A stretch of 43,991 nucleotides of DNA from Nitrospirota bacterium (GTDB lineage Bacteria; Nitrospirota; Thermodesulfovibrionia; UBA6902), in NCBI GenBank assembly GCA_011040095.1, contig DRDE01000314.1, positions 1 to 43,991 of the forward strand. The letters are read 5' to 3'. Below, in pieces: positions 14,789 through 24,762 of this stretch. Every line of letters starts with the position of its first letter. Position 1 is the stretch's first letter. A program made the position numbers and the translations under genes. The notes beneath the pieces are model-generated. The model saw only the letters and a list, made by a program, of their open reading frames with translations, did no database searches and was not told where the DNA came from.

Positions 14789-16918
14789 GTGGCAGGAGTC
14801 CCCGCCCCTACTATTATGAAATTAACGCGCATGCAACTTGTATTTAATGCAGTCTTCTGCCTGACGCTCCTCGGCGCGGCTCTCTGGGCCCTCTATGCCG
14901 AATATAATCGTCCGTGGAAACAATATCAAAAGACATTTAACAGGATGGAGTACGGATATACCGCGAAACTGTATCAAACGATGCTGCTTCAAAAAGATGG
15001 CGTTTCTGAAAAAGATTTATTAACTCTGAAAAACAAACTTTCCCTGATACAAAACCGGGGCAAGAAAATAAAACAGCTGTGGCTTCGGGACCTCGGGGAA
15101 ACAGACAGATGCATTACATGCCATCAGGCAGTCAATAAACCGGGATTTGAAAATATATCTCACCCTTTCCGCACCCATTCCGGGGATTATCTCAAACACC
15201 ACCCGGTTGAAAGGTTCGGGTGTGTTATATGCCATGAAGGACAGGGCGTGGCGCTGACAGTTAAGGCTGCCCACGGATACACAAAAAACTGGACAAAGCC
15301 GATTCTTAATGGCGCCTATATTCAATCCTCCTGCAGTAAGTGCCACTTCATGGACCAGGGCCTCCCTTTCACCGCTGAACTGACCGGAGCGCCTGTATTT
15401 ACAAAAGGCCGGAAAATATTTATGCAGAACAACTGCCTCGGGTGCCATAAGCTCACAGGTTATAAAAAACCGGACCGTGTTGCCCCTTCCCTCACTTATA
15501 CAGGCGATAAGATTAACCGGGACTGGCTGATAAAGTGGCTGAGAAATCCCAAAGACTATCTCCCGAAAACCAGGATGCCCCGCTTTGATCTCAGTGATAA
15601 AGAAATCGGATATGTTGCCGATTATCTTATGAGTCTTGACTCCGTACCGGGATTCCGGGGGCATGCAGGGGGATTTAAAAATAATTCTTTAGTAGAAGAA
15701 GGAGAGAATCTGTTCAATACCCTCGGCTGTCCGGGCTGCCATAAAATAAACGGAAAAGGCAATGATTTCGGCCCCGGCCTTTCCAATATAGGCGGCAAGG
15801 TAAAAAGCGACTGGCTCTATGAGTTTTTGAAGAAACCAAAATCATATGATCCAAAGACCATTGCGCCCGACTTCAGGATGCCGGAAAAAGAAATTCCGGC
15901 CCTGGCGGCATATCTCATGAGCCTGAAAAAAAATGAAAAACCTGTCCCCCTCACCCCATCCCCTGACAAGAGAGGGAGGATATTTGAAGGAGTGGAGAAA
16001 GGCAAAAAGATAGTCAGAGATTACGGCTGTACAGGCTGTCACGAGATTGAAACACTTCCTTTCCAATACAATGCCCCTGAACTCGATGGCATCGGCGACA
16101 AAAGGGTTGACGAACTTGTTTTTAATAACCTGAATGACGCTGAAAAAACACTCACAGGCTGGCTGGAAGTCAAGGTCAGGGAGCCCGGAAGATTTGCCAC
16201 GGACAGGATAGTGACCAGGATGCCGGATTATAATTTTAATGAAGAGCAGACAAAGGCGCTTGTTGTCTTTCTTTTAAGCATAAAAGACAAACCGGTATCT
16301 CTGAAATACCGGAAGACATTGGTTGACCCTGACAGGGCTGAAATGAGAGGCGGGAAAATCCTTGAAAAATATAATTGTACCGGCTGTCACAAGATTAGCG
16401 GCAAAGGCGTGGATATCGGCCCTGAGTTAACGTATGAAGGGAAAAAAAGCAGGCCGGAATGGTTGTTCGCTTTCCTGAAAAGGCCGCATAAAATAAGGCC
16501 GGAGCCCATCCTTAAAGCAGGTATGCCGGATTTTAATTTATCAGATGAAGAAGTCAACACAATTATTGAATATCTGTCCTTTATTTCCGGGGAATCCTAT
16601 CCATACGATCCGGAGCCCAAAAAAGAGATATACCCCGAAGAGATCCCGAGCGGAGAGAAACTGTACCAGGAGGTGTTTGCATGCAGCGGCTGTCATACTG
16701 TAAACGGAACCGGGGGGGAGATAGGCCCTGACCATACGGACATAGCAAGCCGCCTGAAAAGGGAATGGATTGAGCAGTGGCTGAAAAATCCCCTGGCTGT
16801 AAAGCCGGGTGTGCGGATGCCGAGGTTTAAATTCAGGGACTGGGAGTTTGAGGCATTAACAGATTACCTGATGACACTTGGGCAGTACAGGTTTGTTCAA
16901 GTCAAAGGCGCAGATTAA
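14789..16918 (+). CDS. Membrane-anchored octahaem c-type cytochrome (N-terminal trihaem part plus five class-I-like monohaem modules)
   Basis: Eight CxxCH motifs: CITCH, CVICH, CSKCH, CLGCH, CPGCH, CTGCH, CTGCH, CSGCH. The last five each sit in a repeated module G..(I/L)....C.GCH......GP.L.......W...(L/F)(K/R).P........MP.F......E.......YL. N-terminal TM segment. An alternative start is ATG 14816. Confidence 0.85.
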   Translation: MAGVPAPTIMKLTRMQLVFNAVFCLTLLGAALWALYAEYNRPWKQYQKTFNRMEYGYTAKLYQTMLLQKDGVSEKDLLTLKNKLSLIQNRGKKIKQLWLRDLGETDRCITCHQAVNKPGFENISHPFRTHSGDYLKHHPVERFGCVICHEGQGVALTVKAAHGYTKNWTKPILNGAYIQSSCSKCHFMDQGLPFTAELTGAPVFTKGRKIFMQNNCLGCHKLTGYKKPDRVAPSLTYTGDKINRDWLIKWLRNPKDYLPKTRMPRFDLSDKEIGYVADYLMSLDSVPGFRGHAGGFKNNSLVEEGENLFNTLGCPGCHKINGKGNDFGPGLSNIGGKVKSDWLYEFLKKPKSYDPKTIAPDFRMPEKEIPALAAYLMSLKKNEKPVPLTPSPDKRGRIFEGVEKGKKIVRDYGCTGCHEIETLPFQYNAPELDGIGDKRVDELVFNNLNDAEKTLTGWLEVKVREPGRFATDRIVTRMPDYNFNEEQTKALVVFLLSIKDKPVSLKYRKTLVDPDRAEMRGGKILEKYNCTGCHKISGKGVDIGPELTYEGKKSRPEWLFAFLKRPHKIRPEPILKAGMPDFNLSDEEVNTIIEYLSFISGESYPYDPEPKKEIYPEEIPSGEKLYQEVFACSGCHTVNGTGGEIGPDHTDIASRLKREWIEQWLKNPLAVKPGVRMPRFKFRDWEFEALTDYLMTLGQYRFVQVKGAD

Positions 16919-17160
16919 CTCTGAAACCGCAGGGCAAATTTACTATTGTTGTATTTCAGGACTCCTTTACACTCCTTTTTCAAATTTCTTTAAAAAAGGC
17001 TAAAGTTTTTTCCGTAAAGAATCGATATGAATTTATATCATGTCAGAAGAGCAGGGCTTGATTAATTATATGTTTTCAAAACATAGACAAAATATTGTTG
17101 AGAACTTTAATTATTACCTACTAATATTCTCATAGGTAATATACCAAGAGAGGCGTGACT

Positions 17161-19251
17161 ATGAGAAAAGGCGGAAGTATCAAAACAAAATTTACTTTTA
17201 TCCTCATCGGGGTTATGTCTTTAGCTGTCACTGCGGTTTTTATATACCATATATATACCCAGATATTTGTAGCCGGCAGGGAATTAGCGGCAGCTATGAT
17301 ATATGAACAGCGCATGACCGTAACAATGGAGGCCCCAAAGGTGCGGAATATTTTAATTGCAAGGGATATCGATAAACTAAACTCTTTTGTCCGGAAAATA
17401 AGGGAATCCTCGCCCGGTGAATTTGCAATAATATACAGTAGTATCAGGGATTCACAAGGCGCAATACTTGCTCATTCTTTTGATGGCCCTATGCCGGATG
17501 CATTAAGAGATATAGGCATCATGAAGGCGGATGTCATGAAGACGGATGTCATGAAGACGGATGCCATGAAGACGGATGCCATGAAGACGGATGCCATGAA
17601 GACGGATGCCATGAAGACGGATGTCATGAAGACGGATGTCATGAAGACGGATGTCATGAAGACGGATGTCATGAAGACGGATGCCATGAAGACGGATGTC
17701 ATGAAGACGGATGCTATGAAGACGGATGTCAGGAAGGCGGAAGTCATGAAGACGGATGCTATGGGAATGGGTGACATGAAGATGGGTGATATGGAAAATG
17801 TTAAAATGCAAGTAAAGAAAGTTGTAGTTGAGCCATATGGGGAAATACTGAATATCAGCCATCAGATAGGAACATATGGAACTCTTACCGTGGGCTTCCA
17901 GGGATATGATCCGATGGTTATATTGAAAAAAGAGGGTTTGAATTTCCTGATTATTTATTTTATTTGCATCTCTCTTGGAATCTTAATCTCCTTGGTCCTT
18001 TCAGCAAGAATGATGGCTCCATTACAGCCTATCATGGAAGGTATAAAAGAAATCGGCAGTGGGAGATTCGTTGAAATATCCGTTACATCATCAGATGAGC
18101 TTGGTGAGATAGCAATGGTGTTTAACGAAACAGCGAGTAAATTAAGGGGTTACATCCAGACTGATGAAGAGAGGAAAATGACTCAGGAGAATGTTATCAA
18201 CTTCCTGAAAGTTGTCAGTGATGCTTCAGAAGGAGATTTCAGCAGTCGGGCTCCGGTTACCGTTGATGTCTTTGGCTCAATAGCAGATGCATATAACCTG
18301 ATGATGGACGAACTTTCATCGCTCTTAATAGATGTTAAGTCCACTGCCCAGGGAGTTGGAGAGGATAGTCTCAAAACCCTTGAAATACTTAAGAAGATGT
18401 CAGAGGATGCTGAGACGCAGATGGTGCAGATGAAAGATGCTGCGGATGCAATTAATGAGGCTGCAGAGGCTACCGCAACGACTACAGAAAAGACCAAGGA
18501 TGCAACAGAGTTATCTATTAAGGCTGTTGATGCCTCTCAAAAGGGTGAACAACTTGTTGCTCAGAGTATTGAGGGTATGCAGCTTATAAGGGCTTCAGTG
18601 CAGATAATTAATAAAAAGATGAAAATGTTTTCAGAGAAGGTTTTAGAGATCGGCACAATCTCGGGTATGATTGCAGATATTTCTTCAAGGACGAATCTTC
18701 TGTCAATGAATGCCTCCATTGAGGCGGCAAGGGCAGGAGAGGCAGGCAAAGGTTTTGTTGTTATTGCCGAGGAGATCAGAAGCCTGGCAGACAAGTCCGC
18801 TGAGGCTACCAGGGATATAACGGGTATTATCCGTTCGATTCAAACCGAGGCAGGTGAAATAACCGGCTCACTTGAAGAAGAGACGGAAATAGTTGAAAAA
18901 CAATCAGGCCTGGCCTCAGAGACTAAATTTTCTTTTGCCGAGATTACAAGCGCTATTGATAAATCAAAAAGTATTGTTGCAGAAATATTGCCTTTATCGC
19001 AGACACAGAAAAAGATGACCGACAATGTTGTTCTTTCGATGAAAGAAGTCAACCGCATCTCCCTCGAACTCCTGAAACTGATTCGGGAATCTGAAGACAT
19101 GGCTGAAAAGTTCTCTGATTCATCCAAGGAACTGCTTTCATCTGTTGAGAAATTCAAATTATCAGAACCCGGGGAATTAAAAACTGTTGAACCGGTCCCT
19201 GGAAAGTTGAACCCTTCATGGTCGGAAACCGAGAAGGAGATGACTGCATAG
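17161..19251 (+). CDS. Methyl-accepting chemotaxis protein (2 TM, periplasmic domain with a Met-rich pentapeptide repeat, HAMP, MA domain)
   Basis: Signalling hairpin [40 protein letters not shown]1 [19 protein letters not shown]2 [18 protein letters not shown] followed by HAMP. The track ORF starts at GTG 17155; ATG 17161 has better SD spacing (agagagg). Confidence 0.9.
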   Translation: MRKGGSIKTKFTFILIGVMSLAVTAVFIYHIYTQIFVAGRELAAAMIYEQRMTVTMEAPKVRNILIARDIDKLNSFVRKIRESSPGEFAIIYSSIRDSQGAILAHSFDGPMPDALRDIGIMKADVMKTDVMKTDAMKTDAMKTDAMKTDAMKTDVMKTDVMKTDVMKTDVMKTDAMKTDVMKTDAMKTDVRKAEVMKTDAMGMGDMKMGDMENVKMQVKKVVVEPYGEILNISHQIGTYGTLTVGFQGYDPMVILKKEGLNFLIIYFICISLGILISLVLSARMMAPLQPIMEGIKEIGSGRFVEISVTSSDELGEIAMVFNETASKLRGYIQTDEERKMTQENVINFLKVVSDASEGDFSSRAPVTVDVFGSIADAYNLMMDELSSLLIDVKSTAQGVGEDSLKTLEILKKMSEDAETQMVQMKDAADAINEAAEATATTTEKTKDATELSIKAVDASQKGEQLVAQSIEGMQLIRASVQIINKKMKMFSEKVLEIGTISGMIADISSRTNLLSMNASIEAARAGEAGKGFVVIAEEIRSLADKSAEATRDITGIIRSIQTEAGEITGSLEEETEIVEKQSGLASETKFSFAEITSAIDKSKSIVAEILPLSQTQKKMTDNVVLSMKEVNRISLELLKLIRESEDMAEKFSDSSKELLSSVEKFKLSEPGELKTVEPVPGKLNPSWSETEKEMTA
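17521..17805 (+). repeat. 15-bp in-frame tandem repeat, 16 near-identical units plus about 3 degenerate units
   Basis: The unit atgaagacggatgYc is repeated head to tail from 17521 to 17760, then degenerates (atgggaatgggtgac, atgaagatgggtgat, atggaaaatgttaaa). It encodes (MKTD[V/A])n. Confidence 0.95.
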
Positions 19252-19443
19252 TGTCGACGGAATATTTATTTGCACATGTCATTCAAGCGCTGCAGAAACA
19301 GTAGTCTATTCAGAATTTGGATTTTCTTAATCAATTGCAACAGATGAAGTTATCGACGAATTTACTTGAGACTTTCATTGGTAGGGGGAAACCCCTTGCT
19401 CCCCTAATTTCAAGGGCTTCCCCGGCTATTCCAATTTCAGGGC

Positions 19444-19476
19444 TAAAAAAATAGGCCAACCCTGTCAAGGATTGGC
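19444..19476 (-). terminator. Rho-independent terminator downstream of cheA
   Basis: The minus strand reads gccaatcc-ttgaca-gggttggc (8-bp stem with one G-U pair) followed by cTATTTTTTT. It lies 46 nt after the cheA stop. Confidence 0.6.
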
Positions 19477-19521
19477 TTGCCGTATATTATCAACTGAGAA
19501 TATTACCTTGATAAACCATAC

Positions 19522-21876
19522 TTATTCAGCCGGTATGATAATCCCGCCTTTTATATGCTTTCTAATGGTTTCTATAAGGGATGCTTCATGAAAGGGCTTT
19601 ACAATATAGTCCTTTGCCCCAAGCAGCCTTGCTTTCTCCTTGTGTTTTTCATTGCTCCTTGAAGTTAATACTACGGTAGGAATAACCTCTAAGAGACCTC
19701 TCCTCTTTAATTCTCTTAAAAGCTCGTATCCATGCATGACAGGCATTTCAAGGTCTGTAAGGATAAGGTCAACATTATCTTCGTCAATTACAGTGAGCGC
19801 CTCAAGTCCATTAGATGCTGCCAGGACATTGTAGCCGTTATGTTCAAGGATCATACTTGCAAACTTACGAACACTTAATGAATCATCAACTATAAGAATG
19901 TTATTTTTGAGTTCTTTCACTTCCTTTTCTTGCAGTATTTCCACCTGTTCGGTCCGGGTCTCAAGCAGCCCGATAGGATTTATAACAGGCGACAGCCGGG
20001 CATCTGCAGAAATACTGAAACCGGAGTAACATTTAAGGCCTTCTAAAAACCCTCCTAACGGTTTTATGACCGTATCTTCCTGCCCTGTAATTTCATCCAC
20101 TAAAAGGGCGGTTTCTCTCCCTGACAATAGATTGAAGACAATAACGGGTATTTTTTTACCTGACCTCTCAGTGTTTAGTTTAAGAAGATTACAGAGGTCT
20201 TTAACGGGCGTTTCCACGTCTCTCAGTTTGATGGAATTCTTTTCTCTATCATATTCTTCCGCACTGATATCCATTAACTCATGAACCAAGCTTGAAGGAA
20301 CGGAAAATTCAAGTCCTCCTGCCCTGAACTTTACTGTATTGACAACAATAAGGGTGAGTGGAAGCGTGATTCTGAAAGTCGTTCCTTTCCCTTCTTCCGA
20401 GGCAATGCCGAGGGTCCCGTTTATTTCGGAAATAATCTGCCTTACTGCATCAAGTCCCACCCCCCTGCCTGAAGTCATGTCTATCTCATCGTTTGTTGAG
20501 AAGCCGGGCATGAAGAGTATATTGTGCAGCCGGGCCTCCGAGACGTTTTCTCTGTTTTTAATAATTCCCATTTTTGCTGCTTTTTGATATACCTTCTTCA
20601 GGTCTATTCCTTTTCCGTCATCCTGTATGTCGATCACAACTGAATTGCCGTCCCTCCTTGCAGAGAGCACAATACTGCCCTCTTCGGGTTTATTGCCTGC
20701 ACGACGGTCTTCCGGTGATTCTATCCCGTGTGAAAAAGCGTTGCGGACCAGATGCAACAGCGGAGTGAAGAGGCGTTCATAAAGTATCCTGTCAATTCTG
20801 GTATTACTTCCTCTTACGATAAACCTCACCTGTTTTCCTGACTGGTCACTAAGGTCCCTCACTATACGCATAAATCTCTGGAACAGCTTTCCTGTCTCTA
20901 CCATTCTTGATGCGGAAATTATGTCACGGAATTCCATGTTAAGTTTGTCTAACCGGGTTGTATGTGTTAAGAACTGGTCAAAGAAGCCGGAGATGCTCTT
21001 TACCGCCACGTTTACATCTCTCATGATCTCCTTGATACTGTTTGCAAACAGATCAATGCCGTCATACCTGTCAAACTCAAGTTCCCGGAAATCCTCAAGG
21101 AGCGAATCCACAAAGGACATTTTCCCCGGAGTAGAATTAGCGTATCTGCCGTCAAATTCGTCTATTTCTTTTAAAAGTCTTTTGCATGCATATTCAATTT
21201 CATTTCTTAAGTTATTTGCCCCTTCTGTTTCTGATATAAAAAAGTTTTTAAGGATCGTAAGTTCACCTACAAGCCCCATCATTTTGTCCAGATTGTCAAC
21301 GTGAACCTTTACGAAGGCTGAAGTTGTATCCAGGTCTTCTTCCCGTCTTGTGAGGGACCTTCGCTCTTCCAGTTGCTGTTTATCGAATTGCGCATTTTCT
21401 TTTTCAGGAGATGTTTCGCTGTTTATGCCGGTCGCTTCTTCATCGGTCGTTGAGTCAGCGATTTCTTCCCGGTTTTCAATATGCTTTCCGGCCTTCTCCG
21501 GAAGTACATGCCGAAGGGTGTTGGATATTTCATCAAGCAGCTCAACTTTTTCAGGGCGTCCGTTTACGGTCTCTGCAACCAGAAACTTAATGGAGTCAAG
21601 GGAATTAAGAAGCCAGTCTGCGATCTCTTTGGTGACAGTGAGTTGAGAGTCCCTTACAGATTCGAGTATATCTTCCATCTTATGGGCAATTCCACTAAGG
21701 GTTTTTAATTTAACCAGCGAGGCGGCGCCCTTTAACGTATGGGCCGTCCTGAAGAGTTCATTGATGTCTGTGGTATCGGAAGGGTTCTGTTCCAGTTCGA
21801 GAAAGCCTTTTTCGAGCTGGACTATATGTTCCTCTGCTTCTGTCAGAAAAAATTCTAAAAGTTCTTTTTCATGCAT
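19522..21876 (-). CDS. cheA: CheA histidine kinase with a C-terminal receiver domain (CheA-REC hybrid)
   Basis: HPt FRTAHTLKGAASLVKL; HATPase region HLVRNAFSHGIE...DDGKGID...GRGVGLD; CheW-like domain; C-terminal REC ILIVDDSLSVRK...DLILTDLEMPVMHG...KPF. Confidence 0.9.
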   Translation of the reverse strand: MHEKELLEFFLTEAEEHIVQLEKGFLELEQNPSDTTDINELFRTAHTLKGAASLVKLKTLSGIAHKMEDILESVRDSQLTVTKEIADWLLNSLDSIKFLVAETVNGRPEKVELLDEISNTLRHVLPEKAGKHIENREEIADSTTDEEATGINSETSPEKENAQFDKQQLEERRSLTRREEDLDTTSAFVKVHVDNLDKMMGLVGELTILKNFFISETEGANNLRNEIEYACKRLLKEIDEFDGRYANSTPGKMSFVDSLLEDFRELEFDRYDGIDLFANSIKEIMRDVNVAVKSISGFFDQFLTHTTRLDKLNMEFRDIISASRMVETGKLFQRFMRIVRDLSDQSGKQVRFIVRGSNTRIDRILYERLFTPLLHLVRNAFSHGIESPEDRRAGNKPEEGSIVLSARRDGNSVVIDIQDDGKGIDLKKVYQKAAKMGIIKNRENVSEARLHNILFMPGFSTNDEIDMTSGRGVGLDAVRQIISEINGTLGIASEEGKGTTFRITLPLTLIVVNTVKFRAGGLEFSVPSSLVHELMDISAEEYDREKNSIKLRDVETPVKDLCNLLKLNTERSGKKIPVIVFNLLSGRETALLVDEITGQEDTVIKPLGGFLEGLKCYSGFSISADARLSPVINPIGLLETRTEQVEILQEKEVKELKNNILIVDDSLSVRKFASMILEHNGYNVLAASNGLEALTVIDEDNVDLILTDLEMPVMHGYELLRELKRRGLLEVIPTVVLTSRSNEKHKEKARLLGAKDYIVKPFHEASLIETIRKHIKGGIIIPAE

Positions 21877-22277
21877 TACGCTATTCTGTATTGGTTGTAA
21901 AAATTTTTAACGTTAATCAATTCCCCCAAAAACTCTGCGTTGAGATCCGGCATTTCATTGACGGCAATACCAAATATGTCACTTTCTGAATCAAGGATTA
22001 TCAATTGTCTGACTTTTTTCTGTTCTTCCATAATATTCTTTATCTTGCCAATATTTATGACAGGTATGGCAAGGCCCCTGAGATGGACTATCCCATCCAC
22101 GTATGGAGGGGCCAGGGGAAGCGGGAATATTTCGGAAACCTCCGTTATCTCCTTAACATATTGCAGGGGAATTGAAAATGTCCGGCCTCCCACGTTGAAT
22201 GTGCATGCATTTAATTGTGGAATGCCGGATTTTCTTGGCTTGACATTGGCCATATATTCTGGTTCCCGGTGGTTCAT
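21876..22277 (-). CDS. cheW: CheW-like coupling protein
   Basis: FNVGGRTFSIPLQYVKEITEV...VDGIVHLRGLAIPVINIG is the typical CheW pattern. Its stop overlaps the cheA start (TAATG). An alternative start is at 22253. Confidence 0.8.
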   Translation of the reverse strand: MNHREPEYMANVKPRKSGIPQLNACTFNVGGRTFSIPLQYVKEITEVSEIFPLPLAPPYVDGIVHLRGLAIPVINIGKIKNIMEEQKKVRQLIILDSESDIFGIAVNEMPDLNAEFLGELINVKNFYNQYRIA

Positions 22278-22346
22278 TCCTATCGATTTCCTTATATTAC
22301 TGCTCTTAAAATAAAATAAATATCGCCGATATCAATCAATATCCAT

Positions 22347-22712
22347 TTAACCTCCCACGTATTTCTTGACGGCATGGACGAGGGCTACCTGCTCAAAAGG
22401 CTTTGTTATGTATTCGTCGGCCCCCTGTTTTTGTCCCCAGAATTTATCACTTTCCTGTGTCTTTGATGTAAGAATAATTATAGGAATTCTCTTGAAGTTT
22501 TCGTCCTGCTTCAATGCCCTGCAAACCTGGAAACCGTTTTTTTTGGGCATTATAACATCAAGAATAATCACGTCAAAGTTCCCTTCCTTTACTTTCCGCT
22601 CTGCTTCTTCTCCGTCCGAGGCAGTTGTTAAGTCAAAACCTGTATCCTTGAATGAATCCAATATAAACTTCATGTCCGTGTCGCTGTCTTCAGCAACTAA
22701 AATTTTTATCAT
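22347..22712 (-). CDS. Single-domain response regulator (CheY-like receiver)
   Basis: 121 aa. ILVAEDSDTD...DVIILDVIMPKKNG...ILTSK...KPF receiver signature. Confidence 0.85.
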   Translation of the reverse strand: MIKILVAEDSDTDMKFILDSFKDTGFDLTTASDGEEAERKVKEGNFDVIILDVIMPKKNGFQVCRALKQDENFKRIPIIILTSKTQESDKFWGQKQGADEYITKPFEQVALVHAVKKYVGG

Positions 22713-22792
22713 GGTATATTTCCTCCTTTTTTTAATTTTTTCACTGTATTATATTTAAGTCCATTTTCCACCGGAAAAAAACATATATACTT

Positions 22793-24373
22793 TTACCCCC
22801 TTGCCTCGTTTGCAGGTATCTTCAACTTTATATCCTGGATTTCTCTTGGCAAAGGCACATCCTCAATATAGAAGTGGCCTGAGGTTGCCGAGAGTGTTTG
22901 CTTAACAGCATCCTCGGACAAATGTCTGTAACAATCCGTCAACTCCTCTTCATTTATCAGTCCTCTGTCAAGGAGAATATCTCCGGCCGTGAGATTGTTG
23001 CCGCCTGCTTCGGAAAGCGCTGAGAGTATTTCACCTCTCCGTGGGTCCCCGTCTTTTAAAATAAGCTCTTCAAGGCATATTCCGCAGTCGTGTCTGCTGA
23101 TGGAAGCAAAGGCAATCTGCCCGCTTTCAAGGTAAATCTCCGAGTTGAAACTATCAGTCAGAACAGATAATTTCCCTGAAAGGCTGGACATGCTGATAAA
23201 CTTCATAACGTCGTCAATAGATATATACACTATTTCACCGGAGAGGATACGCCTTGAAGACCGGACAAGGTCTGTTTCCTTTAATGACTGAATCATTGTA
23301 TTCTTAAGCAGTACTGTTAGTTCCCGGCCAAAATAATGCCTGAATTCTTTTTTGATATTTTCCTGTAAAGCAGCGTAAACAGCAGGTTCGTTTTCTATAG
23401 AGGGAGTTTCTGCCGGAACAGTATCAGCATGCTCAGGGAGAGCCTCCGTGGCATGATCTTCTGCATTACCGGTTTCCGTCGGCATGATTTCTACAAAAGA
23501 AGAATCTTCCGGTGCGGCATTTGTCTGCAGAGGCGCTTGTGAATCTGTCTCCACTTCAGCAGCGGCATGTTCAGTAACTTCTTCATCAGCGACCCCGGAT
23601 TCCTCTTCCCTGTTTGCCGGGGTCTCCTCAGGGAGCGCCTCCTCGGCATGATCTTCTGCATTAGCGGTTTCCGTCGGCGTGATTTCTACAAAAGAAGAAT
23701 CTTCCGGTGCGGCATACGTCTGCAGAGGCATTTGTGAATCTGTCTCCACTTCAGCAACGGCATGTTCAGTAACTTCTTCATCAGCGACCCCTGGTTCCTC
23801 TTCCCTGTTTGCCGGGGTCTCCTCAGGGAGCGCCTCCTCGGCATGATCTTCTGCATTAGCGGTTTCCGTCGGCGTGATTTCTACAAAAGAAGAATCTTCC
23901 GGTGCGGCATACGTCTGCAGAGGCATTTGTGAATCTGTCTCCACTTCAGCAGCGGCATGTTCAGCGATTACTTCATCAGCGGCCCCTGGTTCCTCTTCCC
24001 TGTTTGCCAGGGCCTCCTTTACTGTTGTTATAAGAGTTTCAGCCTCAAATGGTTTTTGCAGATACTGGACAATGTCGAACTTCTTATCAAAGCCCTGTCC
24101 AACGTCTTTTCCCTTGGATGTTATTAATACAATTGGAATGTTATTGAGAACAGAGTCTGATCTGATGATCTTGCAAAAATCGTAGCCGTTCATTTTAGGC
24201 ATGATAAAATCAACAATTATAACTGAAGGTGTTTCTTTTTTTGCAAGTTTAAGTCCATCCTCTCCATCCTCTGATGTGTATACATCATATCCTTCCTGTG
24301 AAAGGACTAATTCAGCCAGTCTCCTTACTGTTGGAGAATCATCTATTACGAGGATAGACTGTTTATTTTCCAT
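22793..24373 (-). CDS. Response-regulator receiver, 3 x 65-aa acidic repeats, C-terminal DUF4388 (PatA-N/PATAN-like) domain
   Basis: REC ILVIDDSPTVRR...VIIVDFIMPKMNG...ITSKG...KPF. Three copies of ANREEEPG.ADE...ETDSQMPLQTYAAPEDSSFVEITPTETANAEDHAEEALPEETP. C-terminal GKLSVLTDSFNSEIYLESGQIAFASI matches the DUF4388 pattern. Confidence 0.8.
   Translation of the reverse strand: MENKQSILVIDDSPTVRRLAELVLSQEGYDVYTSEDGEDGLKLAKKETPSVIIVDFIMPKMNGYDFCKIIRSDSVLNNIPIVLITSKGKDVGQGFDKKFDIVQYLQKPFEAETLITTVKEALANREEEPGAADEVIAEHAAAEVETDSQMPLQTYAAPEDSSFVEITPTETANAEDHAEEALPEETPANREEEPGVADEEVTEHAVAEVETDSQMPLQTYAAPEDSSFVEITPTETANAEDHAEEALPEETPANREEESGVADEEVTEHAAAEVETDSQAPLQTNAAPEDSSFVEIMPTETGNAEDHATEALPEHADTVPAETPSIENEPAVYAALQENIKKEFRHYFGRELTVLLKNTMIQSLKETDLVRSSRRILSGEIVYISIDDVMKFISMSSLSGKLSVLTDSFNSEIYLESGQIAFASISRHDCGICLEELILKDGDPRRGEILSALSEAGGNNLTAGDILLDRGLINEEELTDCYRHLSEDAVKQTLSATSGHFYIEDVPLPREIQDIKLKIPANEARG
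23423..24007 (-). repeat. 3 x 195-bp near-identical tandem repeat inside the REC-DUF4388 gene
   Basis: Repeat starts (minus strand) fall at 24007, 23812 and 23617, each beginning GCAAACAGGGAAGAGGAA. The third unit diverges at its end. Confidence 0.9.
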
Positions 24374-24762
24374 GGGTCCTCCATAACCTTCATAAAACCC
24401 TTCTATATTAAACGTCTCAAACTACTCTTCGGAAGAATGTCCCGTTTTCTTTAATTGTTTTCTTGTAATGGTTCAGCTCCCTCATCCTTTGCATTACCCA
24501 CAAGACTGAACAGAACCTCCCCCCTCGCCCTCCCTTTTCCAAAGAGGGGGGGGGTGCGCGCTGAACTATTACAAAAACCCAAGTTTAAAGTTTTTATTAT
24601 TTTTTACCGTTTATATATATGATTTGGCATCTGTTATTGAAGATGAATTTGGATATGGTTGACGGGTGATTATAAAAACAGAATGAAATCATAATAGAGG
24701 GGACGAGTTTCGAGAATATTGAAATCGATTAAGTGGATTTTTTCCAATAGCAGGATTTGAGA

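Noticed and set aside
15020-15664. 214-aa minus-strand ORF inside the octahaem cytochrome gene
   Set aside because: It is antisense to a gene with eight CxxCH motifs and a clear repeat structure, so it is a shadow ORF.
16919-16960. Terminator after the octahaem cytochrome gene
   Set aside because: Only a 6-bp stem (ctgaaa/tttcag) with a roughly 27-nt loop and no T-run, so it is not convincing.
17521-17805. Possible CRISPR array or the like
   Set aside because: The repeats are contiguous 15-mers with no spacers, in frame within a well-supported MCP ORF. This is a coding minisatellite, not a CRISPR array.
17472-17862. Two minus-strand ORFs with striking repeats (SVFMT..., IRLHD...)
   Set aside because: They are simply the reverse-strand reading of the 15-bp tandem repeat inside the MCP gene.
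24625-24640. Sigma-54-like promoter TGGCAT-N-TTGA upstream of the PilZ-J gene
   Set aside because: The GG-to-TTG spacing is one nucleotide longer than the consensus (TGGCAC-N5-TTGC), and GC is replaced by GA. This is too weak to call.
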